From assembly GCA_052387555.1 (NCBI GenBank), contig JBQTJB010000006.1, positions 1 to 62,422 of the forward strand: a DNA stretch of 62,422 bases, in the 5' to 3' direction. This DNA is from Blastocatellia bacterium (GTDB lineage: Bacteria; Acidobacteriota; Blastocatellia; Pyrinomonadales; Pyrinomonadaceae). Below the pieces are notes generated by a model, which saw nothing but the letters and a program-made list of their open reading frames with translations, did no database searches and was not told the DNA's origin. This document shows, piece by piece, positions 55,223-62,422 of this stretch. A program made the translations under genes and the position numbers. Every line of letters starts with the position of its first letter. The first letter of the stretch is position 1.

Positions 55223-56767
55223 TTATTCCCACTCGATCGTTCCCGGTGGTTTTGAGGTAATGTCGAAAACGACGCGGTTGACGCCGCGGACTTCGCTGGT
55301 GATGCGGGACGAAACACGGGCAAGGAAGTCGTGCGGCAAGCGGGCCCAATCGGCGGTCATGCCGTCGGTCGAGGTAACAGCGCGCAAGGCGACGGTTTTT
55401 TCATAAGTGCGAAAATCGCCCATCACGCCGACCGATTGTATCGGCAGCAGCACGGCGAACGCCTGCCAGACCTCTTTATAGAGGTCGAAGTTCTTTAGCT
55501 CTTCGATGAATATTTTGTCGGCTTTTTGGAGCAGCTCGACCTTTTCTGACGTGATGTCGCCGAGAATGCGAACGCCGAGGCCGGGGCCGGGAAACGGATG
55601 CCGCTGCAAGATCTCGTCCGGAATTCCGAGGTCTTTTCCGATAAGCCGCACTTCGTCTTTGAACAATTCACGCAGCGGTTCGATCAGCTTGAGGTTCATT
55701 TTTTCGGGCAAACCGCCAACATTGTGATGCGATTTTATCGTGACGGACGAACCGCGAAGCGAGACCGATTCGATCACGTCTGGATAAAGCGTTCCCTGAA
55801 CCAGCCATTTAACGTCACCGACACGTTTTGCCTCGGCGTCAAAAACATCGATGAATTTTGCGCCGATAGCTTTGCGTTTCAACTCGGGATCGACAACGTC
55901 TTTCAGCACCGAATAAAAGTCTTCGGAAGCATCTACGCCGCCGACGTTCAGGTGAAGACTGTTTTTGTAAACCTCAAGCGTGTCTTCAAATTCGCGATAG
56001 CGGAGCAGACCGTTGTTGACGAAAATGCAGTGCTGCCGCATCCCGATCGCTTCGTGGACGAGCACAGCCGCGACTGTTGAATCGACGCCGCCGCTCAAGC
56101 CGCAGACGACCTTCCCTTCCGGCCCGACGGTCTCGCGGATGCGTTCGATCTCTTCCGCAATAAAACTCGCCGGCGTCCAATCGCCTTTGCAATCACAAAT
56201 TCCAAATAGAAAATTTCGAAGAACTTCTTTACCCAACGGCGTGTGCGAAACCTCGGGATGAAACTGCACGCAATAGATACCTCGGTCGTCAGATTCCATC
56301 CCGGCAACCACATCGCCAGTAGTTGCCGTTTGCCGAAAGCCGGGCGGCAGTTCTGTAACGTGATCGCCGTGGCTCATCCAAACATCCAGCTCAAATGGAA
56401 GTCCGTTAAAAAGCTTCGGTGAACCGCTCAAAATTTTTACATTCGCGTGGCCGTATTCGCGCCTCGCCGCCGGTTCGTTCTTTCCGCCAAGATCGACCGC
56501 GACCATCTGCATTCCGTAACAAATTCCCAGGATCGGCGCATTCACTGTATCGTAAAAGTCCGCCGCAACGCGCGGTGCGTCTTCGTCCGTCACGCTCGAC
56601 GGCCCGCCGGAAAGTATCACCCCTTTGGGCCGCTTCGCCGCTATTTCGTCCGCCGATAAATGGAACGGATGTATCTCGCAATAAACGCCTGCCTCGCGCA
56701 CCCGCCGCGCTATCAATTGCGTGTACTGCGACCCAAAATCCAGAATTATTATCAGTTCGTGCTGCAA
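55223..56767 (-). CDS. guaA: GMP synthase (glutamine-hydrolysing)
   Basis: ILDFGSQYTQLIARR, GICYGMQ, GLSGGVDS, C-terminal PPGTIEWE. Apparent TTG start with AAGGAG upstream. Confidence 0.95.
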   Translation of the reverse strand: MQHELIIILDFGSQYTQLIARRVREAGVYCEIHPFHLSADEIAAKRPKGVILSGGPSSVTDEDAPRVAADFYDTVNAPILGICYGMQMVAVDLGGKNEPAARREYGHANVKILSGSPKLFNGLPFELDVWMSHGDHVTELPPGFRQTATTGDVVAGMESDDRGIYCVQFHPEVSHTPLGKEVLRNFLFGICDCKGDWTPASFIAEEIERIRETVGPEGKVVCGLSGGVDSTVAAVLVHEAIGMRQHCIFVNNGLLRYREFEDTLEVYKNSLHLNVGGVDASEDFYSVLKDVVDPELKRKAIGAKFIDVFDAEAKRVGDVKWLVQGTLYPDVIESVSLRGSSVTIKSHHNVGGLPEKMNLKLIEPLRELFKDEVRLIGKDLGIPDEILQRHPFPGPGLGVRILGDITSEKVELLQKADKIFIEELKNFDLYKEVWQAFAVLLPIQSVGVMGDFRTYEKTVALRAVTSTDGMTADWARLPHDFLARVSSRITSEVRGVNRVVFDITSKPPGTIEWE

Positions 56768-56784
56768 AAAAGAATGCTCCTTAT

Positions 56785-56855
56785 GTCAGTACCACCTGCA
56801 TCAGCGGGTGGGTTCTTATGTATTGTCGGAACCGCGATCGATAGCGACCGGGTTC
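56785..56855. repeat. REP-like doublet, family 1
   Basis: gtcagtaccacctgcatcagcgggtgggttc (56785-56815) and gtcggaaccgcgatcgatagcgaccgggttc (56825-56855). Each is internally palindromic. Confidence 0.8.
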
Positions 56856-56994
56856 TTTTCGTTTGCGATATGAAGTTTCGATTATACGTGGATTCTCAGG
56901 ATTATCAGAACCGGACGAATCGGCGATGGAATCTGGTTTTGCGCAGAAGTGGATGGTCGCTTCCTTCTGCGGCTCCGTAGTTCGATTTGCGGTC

Positions 56995-57573
56995 TCAATT
57001 ATTTGACCGGTCGGCCTTGAACTTATCTAGTAACCACTCAAGCACGGCTTTCTGATCCGAGATTGTTGCTCGTCGAATCTGCATGAAAAGGTGCTTTCTG
57101 TCTGGCTTCATGGGGGCTGTATTTTGTAAGCCTTCGTTGCAATTCGAGCATACAGCTCGAAGATTATCTAGCGAATCTTCGCCGCCTTTCGACTTATCAA
57201 CAATATGGCCCATCGTAAGTTGAATGGTTCTCGTTGGATTGAAAGGATCACGATCGGCTGCACCTATGCCGCACATTTGACAGGTATAACCATTTCGTTC
57301 CAAAACCCTAGCCTTTGTTTCCTTTGAGATATTACGAGCAAATGCAGGAAGCCGCTGGTCCGTTTCCAACAGATACTGACCAGGCTTCAGGTCTGATCGA
57401 TCCTTATGGGTAAGTATTTGGTAGCCCTGTTCATTGCGTAACTCACGAACCCGACGAGCCCATTCGACTGCACCACCGCTGGCTTTTTGTATATCTTTCG
57501 ATTCTAGGATCTTGCCAATGTTTCCTAAAAGATAATCGAGGATTAGTTTCTTTGATCCTGGTTTCGCAGACAT
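56995..57573 (-). CDS. HNH endonuclease (putative type II restriction enzyme) with N-terminal winged-helix-like region
   Basis: CQMCG...MGHIVDKSKGGEDSLDNLRAVCSNCN. Sits directly downstream of the methyltransferase. Confidence 0.7.
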   Translation of the reverse strand: MSAKPGSKKLILDYLLGNIGKILESKDIQKASGGAVEWARRVRELRNEQGYQILTHKDRSDLKPGQYLLETDQRLPAFARNISKETKARVLERNGYTCQMCGIGAADRDPFNPTRTIQLTMGHIVDKSKGGEDSLDNLRAVCSNCNEGLQNTAPMKPDRKHLFMQIRRATISDQKAVLEWLLDKFKADRSNN

Positions 57574-57595
57574 ATTCGAGACAAGTTGTGTTTTT

Positions 57596-58438
57596 TTAAG
57601 AGGCCTTCGACAGGATTAGATCAGGTTGAATACTTTGCGTTCTCGTTTCGCCAATAAGCGCGTACGCCGGATTTATCTCTATCAAAATTGACTTGCGTTG
57701 TAATTCACCCGCTGCGACGCCAGTAGTTCCTGAACCACCAAATGGGTCAAGAACTGTGTCAAGCGGCCGAGAACCCAGCAAAATACAGCGGCGTGCCAAC
57801 TCGCGTGGAAATGTAGCGGGGTGTCCGTTACCCGATGGATCTGGACCGAGCAACCAGTAATTGCGCAAATTGGCTCCAGTCGGTTCGCGGAAGCCGTCTG
57901 GATTATAGTAATAGGTTGGTGATTTTGTAAGGAGAAAAATCTCTTCTGTTGCAGTTGTCGGCCTGTTCTTCACACTTTCCGGCATAGCCGTTCTCTTAAT
58001 CCACGTGATTCGTGATCGGAGATACCAACCATCGGCCTGTAGGGCAAATGCGACCCTCCAAGGCAAACCCATCAAATCTCTGTCCTTTAAGCTCCATACA
58101 TCTGGAACCTTGCAGTTGCGCTTTTGAATCAGCTTTTTTGTATTACCAACAATCGCATTCGGTCCATGGTTGCCCGTGCCGCCATTTCTCGCATATCCGT
58201 CGCCAACATTGAGCCAAACTGTTCCGTCGGAACGCAATACACGCCTAACCTCCCGAAAAATGCCGACGAGATTCTCTACATACAATTCGGGTGAATCTTC
58301 GGCTCCAATCTGAGAATCATGATCGTAATCACGTAGGCCCCAATATGGAGGTGAGGTTACACAACATTGGATAGAATTGGCATCCAATGTCGGAAGGATT
58401 TTAAGGCTATCGCCGACTAGAACTTTCGAGTCAATCAT
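57596..58438 (-). CDS. DNA methyltransferase, beta-class N4/N6 (SPPY motif; N4-cytosine favoured)
   Basis: TSPPYW catalytic motif followed later by DPFGGSGTTG. Confidence 0.9.
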   Translation of the reverse strand: MIDSKVLVGDSLKILPTLDANSIQCCVTSPPYWGLRDYDHDSQIGAEDSPELYVENLVGIFREVRRVLRSDGTVWLNVGDGYARNGGTGNHGPNAIVGNTKKLIQKRNCKVPDVWSLKDRDLMGLPWRVAFALQADGWYLRSRITWIKRTAMPESVKNRPTTATEEIFLLTKSPTYYYNPDGFREPTGANLRNYWLLGPDPSGNGHPATFPRELARRCILLGSRPLDTVLDPFGGSGTTGVAAGELQRKSILIEINPAYALIGETRTQSIQPDLILSKAS

Positions 58439-58515
58439 GCTGTCGTGTACACGTCTAGTTTACCAAAGCCAACTGCCTTAATCACAATCCGCGAATAGGT
58501 CCCAGGTGTTATAAC

Positions 58516-58689
58516 CTAGTCATCGTGGTCGATCAGAGTGGCGACTCTCTCGCCAAAAGAAGAGTCATCCGATGCGGTCATATCGTATTCAAATTGTCTA
58601 GCCCTTTCTATTGCTTCAAATTCATCCTCGGCTTCAAGGTCAATATAATGAATTCTGGATTCGAGCCAAGAAACGCGATATTTGGACAT
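58516..58689 (-). CDS. hypothetical small acidic protein (57 aa)
   Basis: Below the ORF-track cutoff. GGAGAG lies 8 nt upstream of ATG 58687-58689. Sequence: MSKYRVSWLESRIHYIDLEAEDEFEAIERARQFEYDMTASDDSSFGERVATLIDHDD. Confidence 0.4.
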   Translation of the reverse strand: MSKYRVSWLESRIHYIDLEAEDEFEAIERARQFEYDMTASDDSSFGERVATLIDHDD

Positions 58690-58710
58690 CACACATTCTC
58701 TCCAAAAACA

Positions 58711-58944
58711 CTAGTCCGCCGAAAATCCTTCCTTGTATTTTACCCATCTATAAACTGGCGCAGTCTTATTCGTCTGAAAGCTGACGATCTGCCGATTCAG
58801 ATTCAAAGCGGTCTCAAATCTGTCTGCGAAACGATCAAAGAGCTTTTGCCTCTCGGTTGGGAAGAGTCTAACCGCATGTGCAGATTGGAGATTCGGCATT
58901 CTGTTTGAAAAGGAATCAAGACTCATTGAAGGCTTAACACTCAT
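58711..58944 (-). CDS. hypothetical ORF, possibly an N-terminal remnant of a larger DNA-modification gene
   Basis: Ends ...VSFQTNKTAPVYRWVKYKEGFSAD*, which I only tentatively recall resembling the N-termini of some DNA methyltransferases. Start uncertain (TTG 58965, ATG 58944 or 58926). Confidence 0.3.
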   Translation of the reverse strand: MSVKPSMSLDSFSNRMPNLQSAHAVRLFPTERQKLFDRFADRFETALNLNRQIVSFQTNKTAPVYRWVKYKEGFSAD

Positions 58945-59050
58945 TATAGAGTCAGTCGAACTCAAAAGAAACTCGCGATGTAAACACTCTTACCTATGAG
59001 AACGAAAATGTAGCATGAAAGAGTAGAAAATCAGAATCGACGGCTTACCT

Positions 59051-59077
59051 TGCAAATCGTGCAAATCGTGCAAATCG
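59051..59077. repeat. three perfect tandem 9-mers TGCAAATCG (iteron/operator-like)
   Basis: Copies at 59051-59059, 59060-59068 and 59069-59077. Confidence 0.9.
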
Positions 59078-59079
59078 TT

Positions 59080-59106
59080 CCAATTGCCGCATTTCGCGCC
59101 AATTGC
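59080..59106. promoter_or_regulatory. two CCAATTGC boxes (palindromic CAATTG core) 19 nt apart (start to start)
   Basis: Boxes at 59080-59087 and 59099-59106, ending 7 nt before the ATPase ORF start. Confidence 0.5.
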
Positions 59107-59113
59107 TATTTAA

Positions 59114-60388
59114 ATGCGCGGCGGTTCGGTTCAAGATCGAAGCGTGAGCGAAAAAGAACAATTTGATGACGAACTTGAAGATGACGATGAGTTTTTTGAC
59201 GACGAGGCCGAGGCCGGGGAAAGGTATCCGTTTCTTTTCGACGACGAAGCGGGCGGCGACGAACCGGATTTGGGTCAAGGCGAAGTTCAAGTGCCGGTTC
59301 CGGTTGAAACGCGCGGCAATTCCGACGAGAAGAGCGAACATGACGGCCCGAATTATCATTATCTGAGTTCGCTGTCGGATGAACTGCTTCCCGGCCTCGA
59401 TTTCTACCGCTTTGACAACCTGTTCTCCGCAAAACCGGCGAGAGCATTCTTCGATAACGAGCCTTCAACGGATATGCATGAGCGGTTATTTGCGAACTAC
59501 TGGCGTGTCGGTGAAATTGCGATTCTTTTTGCCGACACCGGCACGGGCAAGAGCTTGTTGGCGGTACAGATCGCCCAAGCGATCGCGTCGGGTTCTGCAT
59601 TCAAGCCGTTCGAGGTTGACGCACCTGCGCAACGCGTTGTCTATTTCGACCTTGAGCTTTCCGACAGTCAATTCGACAGACGATATTCATCGAATGACAA
59701 AGCGTTTCCGGCCAAATTTCCGTTCCATGTGAATTTCATCCGCTGTCCGCCGCGCGAGATCGACGAACTGCCGCACGGTTTTCACGACTACACCGCGTTC
59801 CTGACCACATCGATTGTTGAGTTTATCGAATTTTCAGGAGCGAAGGTCGTAATTATCGACAACATCACCTGGCTTAATAACTCGTCGCAGATCGGCAATT
59901 CCGCCGCCCGCGTGATGAAAGCGCTTCATCGGCTAAAGAAAAGGCTCGGCCTTTCTATCCTCGTTCTGGCTCACACGCCGAAACGCTTTCTGCATTCGGC
60001 AATGACGATAAACGATCTGCAGGGATCGAAAATGCTGGCAAACTTTGCCGACAGCATTTTCGCAATGGGCACATCGCGTCGCGGCACCGACATTCGTTAT
60101 TTGAAAGCGGTCAAACATCGCAGCACGGCCGCGCGCGGCTCGGAAACCGAGGTCGCGACCATTAGGCTTGGGAAAGATCAGTGCTTTCTCGGATTCACGT
60201 TCGAAGGTTACGTTGATGAAGGCGAGCACACCGCCCGTCTGAAAGGTGAACCGGACGCAGAGCGGCTTGCGCTCATTAAACTCGCAGTGGAGCTTGCCGA
60301 AAAGGGACTAACACAGCGGCAAATTGCGAAGGATCTGGGCGTCTCTGCGGCAACTGTCAATAGGTGTCTTAACGCCTTAAAGGAATGA
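59114..60388 (+). CDS. AAA_25/RepA-like RecA-fold ATPase with acidic N-terminal tail and C-terminal HTH
   Basis: Walker A FADTGTGKSLLA, Walker B VVIIDNITW, LVLAHTPK. C-terminal GLTQRQIAKDLGVSAATVNRCL. N-terminus rich in D and E (DDELEDDDEFFDDEAEAGE). Confidence 0.75.
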   Translation: MRGGSVQDRSVSEKEQFDDELEDDDEFFDDEAEAGERYPFLFDDEAGGDEPDLGQGEVQVPVPVETRGNSDEKSEHDGPNYHYLSSLSDELLPGLDFYRFDNLFSAKPARAFFDNEPSTDMHERLFANYWRVGEIAILFADTGTGKSLLAVQIAQAIASGSAFKPFEVDAPAQRVVYFDLELSDSQFDRRYSSNDKAFPAKFPFHVNFIRCPPREIDELPHGFHDYTAFLTTSIVEFIEFSGAKVVIIDNITWLNNSSQIGNSAARVMKALHRLKKRLGLSILVLAHTPKRFLHSAMTINDLQGSKMLANFADSIFAMGTSRRGTDIRYLKAVKHRSTAARGSETEVATIRLGKDQCFLGFTFEGYVDEGEHTARLKGEPDAERLALIKLAVELAEKGLTQRQIAKDLGVSAATVNRCLNALKE

Positions 60389-60425
60389 TCTGTTTCATGG
60401 AAACGTATGTCCAGCACGCTGAAAC

Positions 60426-60449
60426 GAAACAAACAAGTCGTTTGTTTTC
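60426..60449. terminator. AT-rich hairpin between convergent genes
   Basis: gaaacaaac-aagtc-gtttgttt(t)c. Confidence 0.35.
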
Positions 60450-60876
60450 AACACGAACTACCGGTTTTCTTTGTATGCTGAAACGCATCTTTAACGATCT
60501 TTTCGAGAACTTTTTCGTCGATGTCAGAAAGACGTTTGATGTAGAGGCAGCTTACACTTGTGGAGTGTTTGCCGAGTTTTTCGAGCAAAGCTGGCTGCTT
60601 TGGCGAACCGCAAATGACGTACAGCGTCATATTCTGTTTGCGAGGCGAAAAGCCGACGATCGGCCAATCAAGCTTTCGGCCGTCAGGATAGGCAAGAATC
60701 TGTTTGCCGAACCCGACGATCGCCGGTCCCCACATTTTCGGTTCCAGACCGGTCGCTTTCTTATACATTTCGAGAACGCGAAATCCGTCCTCTCGCCGTT
60801 CGGTGTTTTCGATCGATTTCAGAAAATCCTCGACACTTGCATCCGTTTCGCGGGTTTTAGGTTCGTTCTTTGCCAT
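60448..60876 (-). CDS. DUF1801 (YdhG-like) domain protein
   Basis: VEDFLKSIENTERREDGFRVLEMYKKATG...MWGPAIVGFG. TATAAT lies 9 nt before the ATG. Confidence 0.75.
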   Translation of the reverse strand: MAKNEPKTRETDASVEDFLKSIENTERREDGFRVLEMYKKATGLEPKMWGPAIVGFGKQILAYPDGRKLDWPIVGFSPRKQNMTLYVICGSPKQPALLEKLGKHSTSVSCLYIKRLSDIDEKVLEKIVKDAFQHTKKTGSSC

Positions 60877-61049
60877 AGTGGGGCGATTATATGCCAAAAA
60901 GCTGTTGTCAGGCTATGTGCAAGCCGTTGGTTCGGAGTTCGTTCATCTTTTAAGGCTTGCAGTTCGGCCAAACTTGAAAACAACAATTTGACGCTTCAAT
61001 TGGAATTTCGTGATATAGTTCGCGCGATTTACTGTAAGGGAGGGCAAGG

Positions 61050-61922
61050 ATGAGGAACAACCATAGTCCGCGTATATCGACATTTGTCAGCAGCTTTATT
61101 CTTGTTGCCGCAATAGCCGCGACCGTTCAAACGGCAAACGCGCAGGAGTACGGCGGCAGCATTGTCACCTTTCATAACAAGGACACAAAAACCGTCAAAG
61201 TATGCATTTACGGCGGATTGGCTCAATTATATCCGCTGGCGGAAAAATGCATGACTCTCAAACCGGGCGAAAGGGAAAGATGGGATCACAAAGGCCGCCG
61301 ACACTTCACCGTATATGTTTTCGAACCGGCTTTGATCGATGAGCTTCGCTGCAAACAAACTCCTCCTAACGATCCGGCTTATGTCGAAATTCTTCCAAAA
61401 GGCTCGCGAAGTTGCGTGAAAACAACTGAGCGTCTAGATGGTCCTAAGCCTGACCCAAATCGCCCGCCAGACGTGTCGCGTTCCGATAACATGCTCGCTG
61501 TTTGCAACTTATCGAGTCAAGAGCCCCTGCATTTTGCGATCACCTATGCGACTGGACAGTCAGGCTATTTCACCGAAGGCTGGTGGCGGCTTATCAAAAA
61601 CCAATGCCTGGAGATCAATCTCGAAGACCTTTGGTATAAACAAAAACTGCCGCCCCATTATCGCTTCAAGACATATATTTATGCCGAGACCGAAGGCAAG
61701 TTCGGCGGGGCTGTCAAAAAGGTTTGGGAAGGTGACGATCCAAAATTCGCCTTCTGCATCAATGACGAAAAGAAGAAGCAGTTCGGCAATAAGCATCAGG
61801 ATGCAAGCGACGGCGCCCTTGTTTGGGAATCAGATTGCACCACAGCCAACGGCAAGCGAATGGTAAAGATGTGGCCCATTACCGTTCCAAAACTCGGCGA
61901 CCCGTGGAAATGGAACTTCTGA
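61050..61922 (+). CDS. secreted protein with C-terminal DUF1036-like domain
   Basis: AAGGGAGGG RBS, signal peptide, LAVCNLSSQEPLHFAITYA...GYFTEGWWRLIKNQC. Confidence 0.55.
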   Translation: MRNNHSPRISTFVSSFILVAAIAATVQTANAQEYGGSIVTFHNKDTKTVKVCIYGGLAQLYPLAEKCMTLKPGERERWDHKGRRHFTVYVFEPALIDELRCKQTPPNDPAYVEILPKGSRSCVKTTERLDGPKPDPNRPPDVSRSDNMLAVCNLSSQEPLHFAITYATGQSGYFTEGWWRLIKNQCLEINLEDLWYKQKLPPHYRFKTYIYAETEGKFGGAVKKVWEGDDPKFAFCINDEKKKQFGNKHQDASDGALVWESDCTTANGKRMVKMWPITVPKLGDPWKWNF

Positions 61923-61940
61923 GGCGTCAATATGCTTTGC

Positions 61941-62422
61941 TCACGTCGCGTCCATGCGGGTTTTAAGGTAGTCCTTGACTACCATCGTTGCCTTGCAGTC
62001 GTCTTCATTATACTCAAGCACGCGGTTCAGCAACGCCTCATTTTCGTTCGTAAGATACTCGTTGAACCACTGTATCGAAAGAGCTCCGGACGGCGTTTCG
62101 TCTCGCCATTTGAATCCGAGATTCTGCGCGATTGCCTTGATCCCGTAGCTGCCGAGCGGCCAATCGGTCATTTTGGTGACGACAGAATAAAGATCGATCG
62201 TGTTCGGATGGTCAAACATAGCTTCAAGTTCTTCTTCGGTTATTACATCGGGGAACTTTCGCCGCAAACGCCGATAGCTCGATTTCTCGTAAGAAGAATA
62301 GTAATAGACCGCCATATCGGCAGGATCAAAAGAACGGATGAACGCAATGGCATTGGCCCACGCGTTTCTTTCAGCTTCGGGCAAAATTTCACGGGCAGTA
62401 AATTCGACAAAGCGTTCGCCTC
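61941..62422 (-). CDS. TM0106-family RecB-like nuclease, C-terminal part (gene continues past right edge)
   Basis: Ends with the YNEDDCKAT motif. The frame stays open upstream of the track's TTG through to position 62422. Confidence 0.65.
   Translation of the reverse strand, partial: GERFVEFTAREILPEAERNAWANAIAFIRSFDPADMAVYYYSSYEKSSYRRLRRKFPDVITEEELEAMFDHPNTIDLYSVVTKMTDWPLGSYGIKAIAQNLGFKWRDETPSGALSIQWFNEYLTNENEALLNRVLEYNEDDCKATMVVKDYLKTRMDAT

Noticed and set aside
59045-59359. 104-aa minus-strand ORF ending ...ERFARFARFAR.
   Set aside because: The repetitive tail is simply the translation of the TGCAAATCG tandem repeats. The ORF is antisense to the 5' end of the ATPase gene and has no coding signature.
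56768-60449. Calling the guaA-adjacent block an integrative element, prophage or ICE.
   Set aside because: No integrase or recombinase, no att-like direct repeats that I could find by eye, and no structural or conjugation genes. Only compositional deviation and accessory content support foreign origin.
60874-60897. Leaderless transcription of the DUF1801 gene (TATAAT 9 nt before the ATG, no Shine-Dalgarno).
   Set aside because: A single hexamer match is too weak to report as a finding without transcript data.
1-62422. tRNA, rRNA, tmRNA, RNase P and SRP RNA genes.
   Set aside because: Scanning intergenic regions by eye for T-loop GGTTCGAATCC-type motifs and other hallmark strings gave nothing outside CDSs. 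The absence is not proven without tRNAscan or Infernal.

Overview
This is a 62.4-kb chromosomal window with about 70 protein genes. I found no rRNA, tRNA or CRISPR array. Gene content and repeat style suggest an Acidobacteriota-like genome: two secreted VWA-domain paralogs, a wHTH-hydrolase regulator, and REP-like palindromes ending in GGTTCTGAC. That placement is an inference only.

Housekeeping genes include recX, truB, guaA, a cyclophilin PPIase, a fused E1 alpha/beta 2-oxoacid dehydrogenase, an acyl-CoA dehydrogenase, M1 and M20 peptidases, a DEAD-box helicase, an Opu-type ABC importer and a tetR-MFP-RND-tolC efflux operon. Interspersed are many small accessory modules:
- vapBC, mazEF and higBA-like toxin-antitoxin pairs
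- a parE/relE-like toxin whose antitoxin gene is frameshifted
- a DUF4411 (PIN-like) plus ImmA/IrrE pair
- an orphan DUF2442 gene with a DUF4160 remnant
- an HNH-endonuclease plus SPPY-methyltransferase restriction-modification pair, in a lower-GC island next to guaA that also carries an AAA_25/RepA-like ATPase preceded by iteron-like repeats

The least explained signal is non-genic. Several families of inverted repeats, built from 7-nt or 10-nt tandem units or REP-like, sit at gene boundaries:
- One pair brackets a four-helix-bundle (23S-IVS-protein/Avd-like) gene inserted inside the RND operon.
- One REP supplies the last five codons and the stop codon of two convergent genes.
- Arrays also lie in frame inside truB and inside the Opu permease/binding-protein linker.
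- A degraded RAYT (IS200-like Y1 transposase) remnant is present.

The higBA cassette is flanked by a diverged duplicate of the last 37 codons of the E1 gene. I cannot prove a single novel system. The best candidates are the IVS-like cassette and heptamer-array phenomenon, the guaA-adjacent RM/AAA-ATPase island, and the wHTH-hydrolase-pseudocyclase cluster with two small CxxC paralogs.

All protein calls rest on motif recognition by eye. No database search was run.
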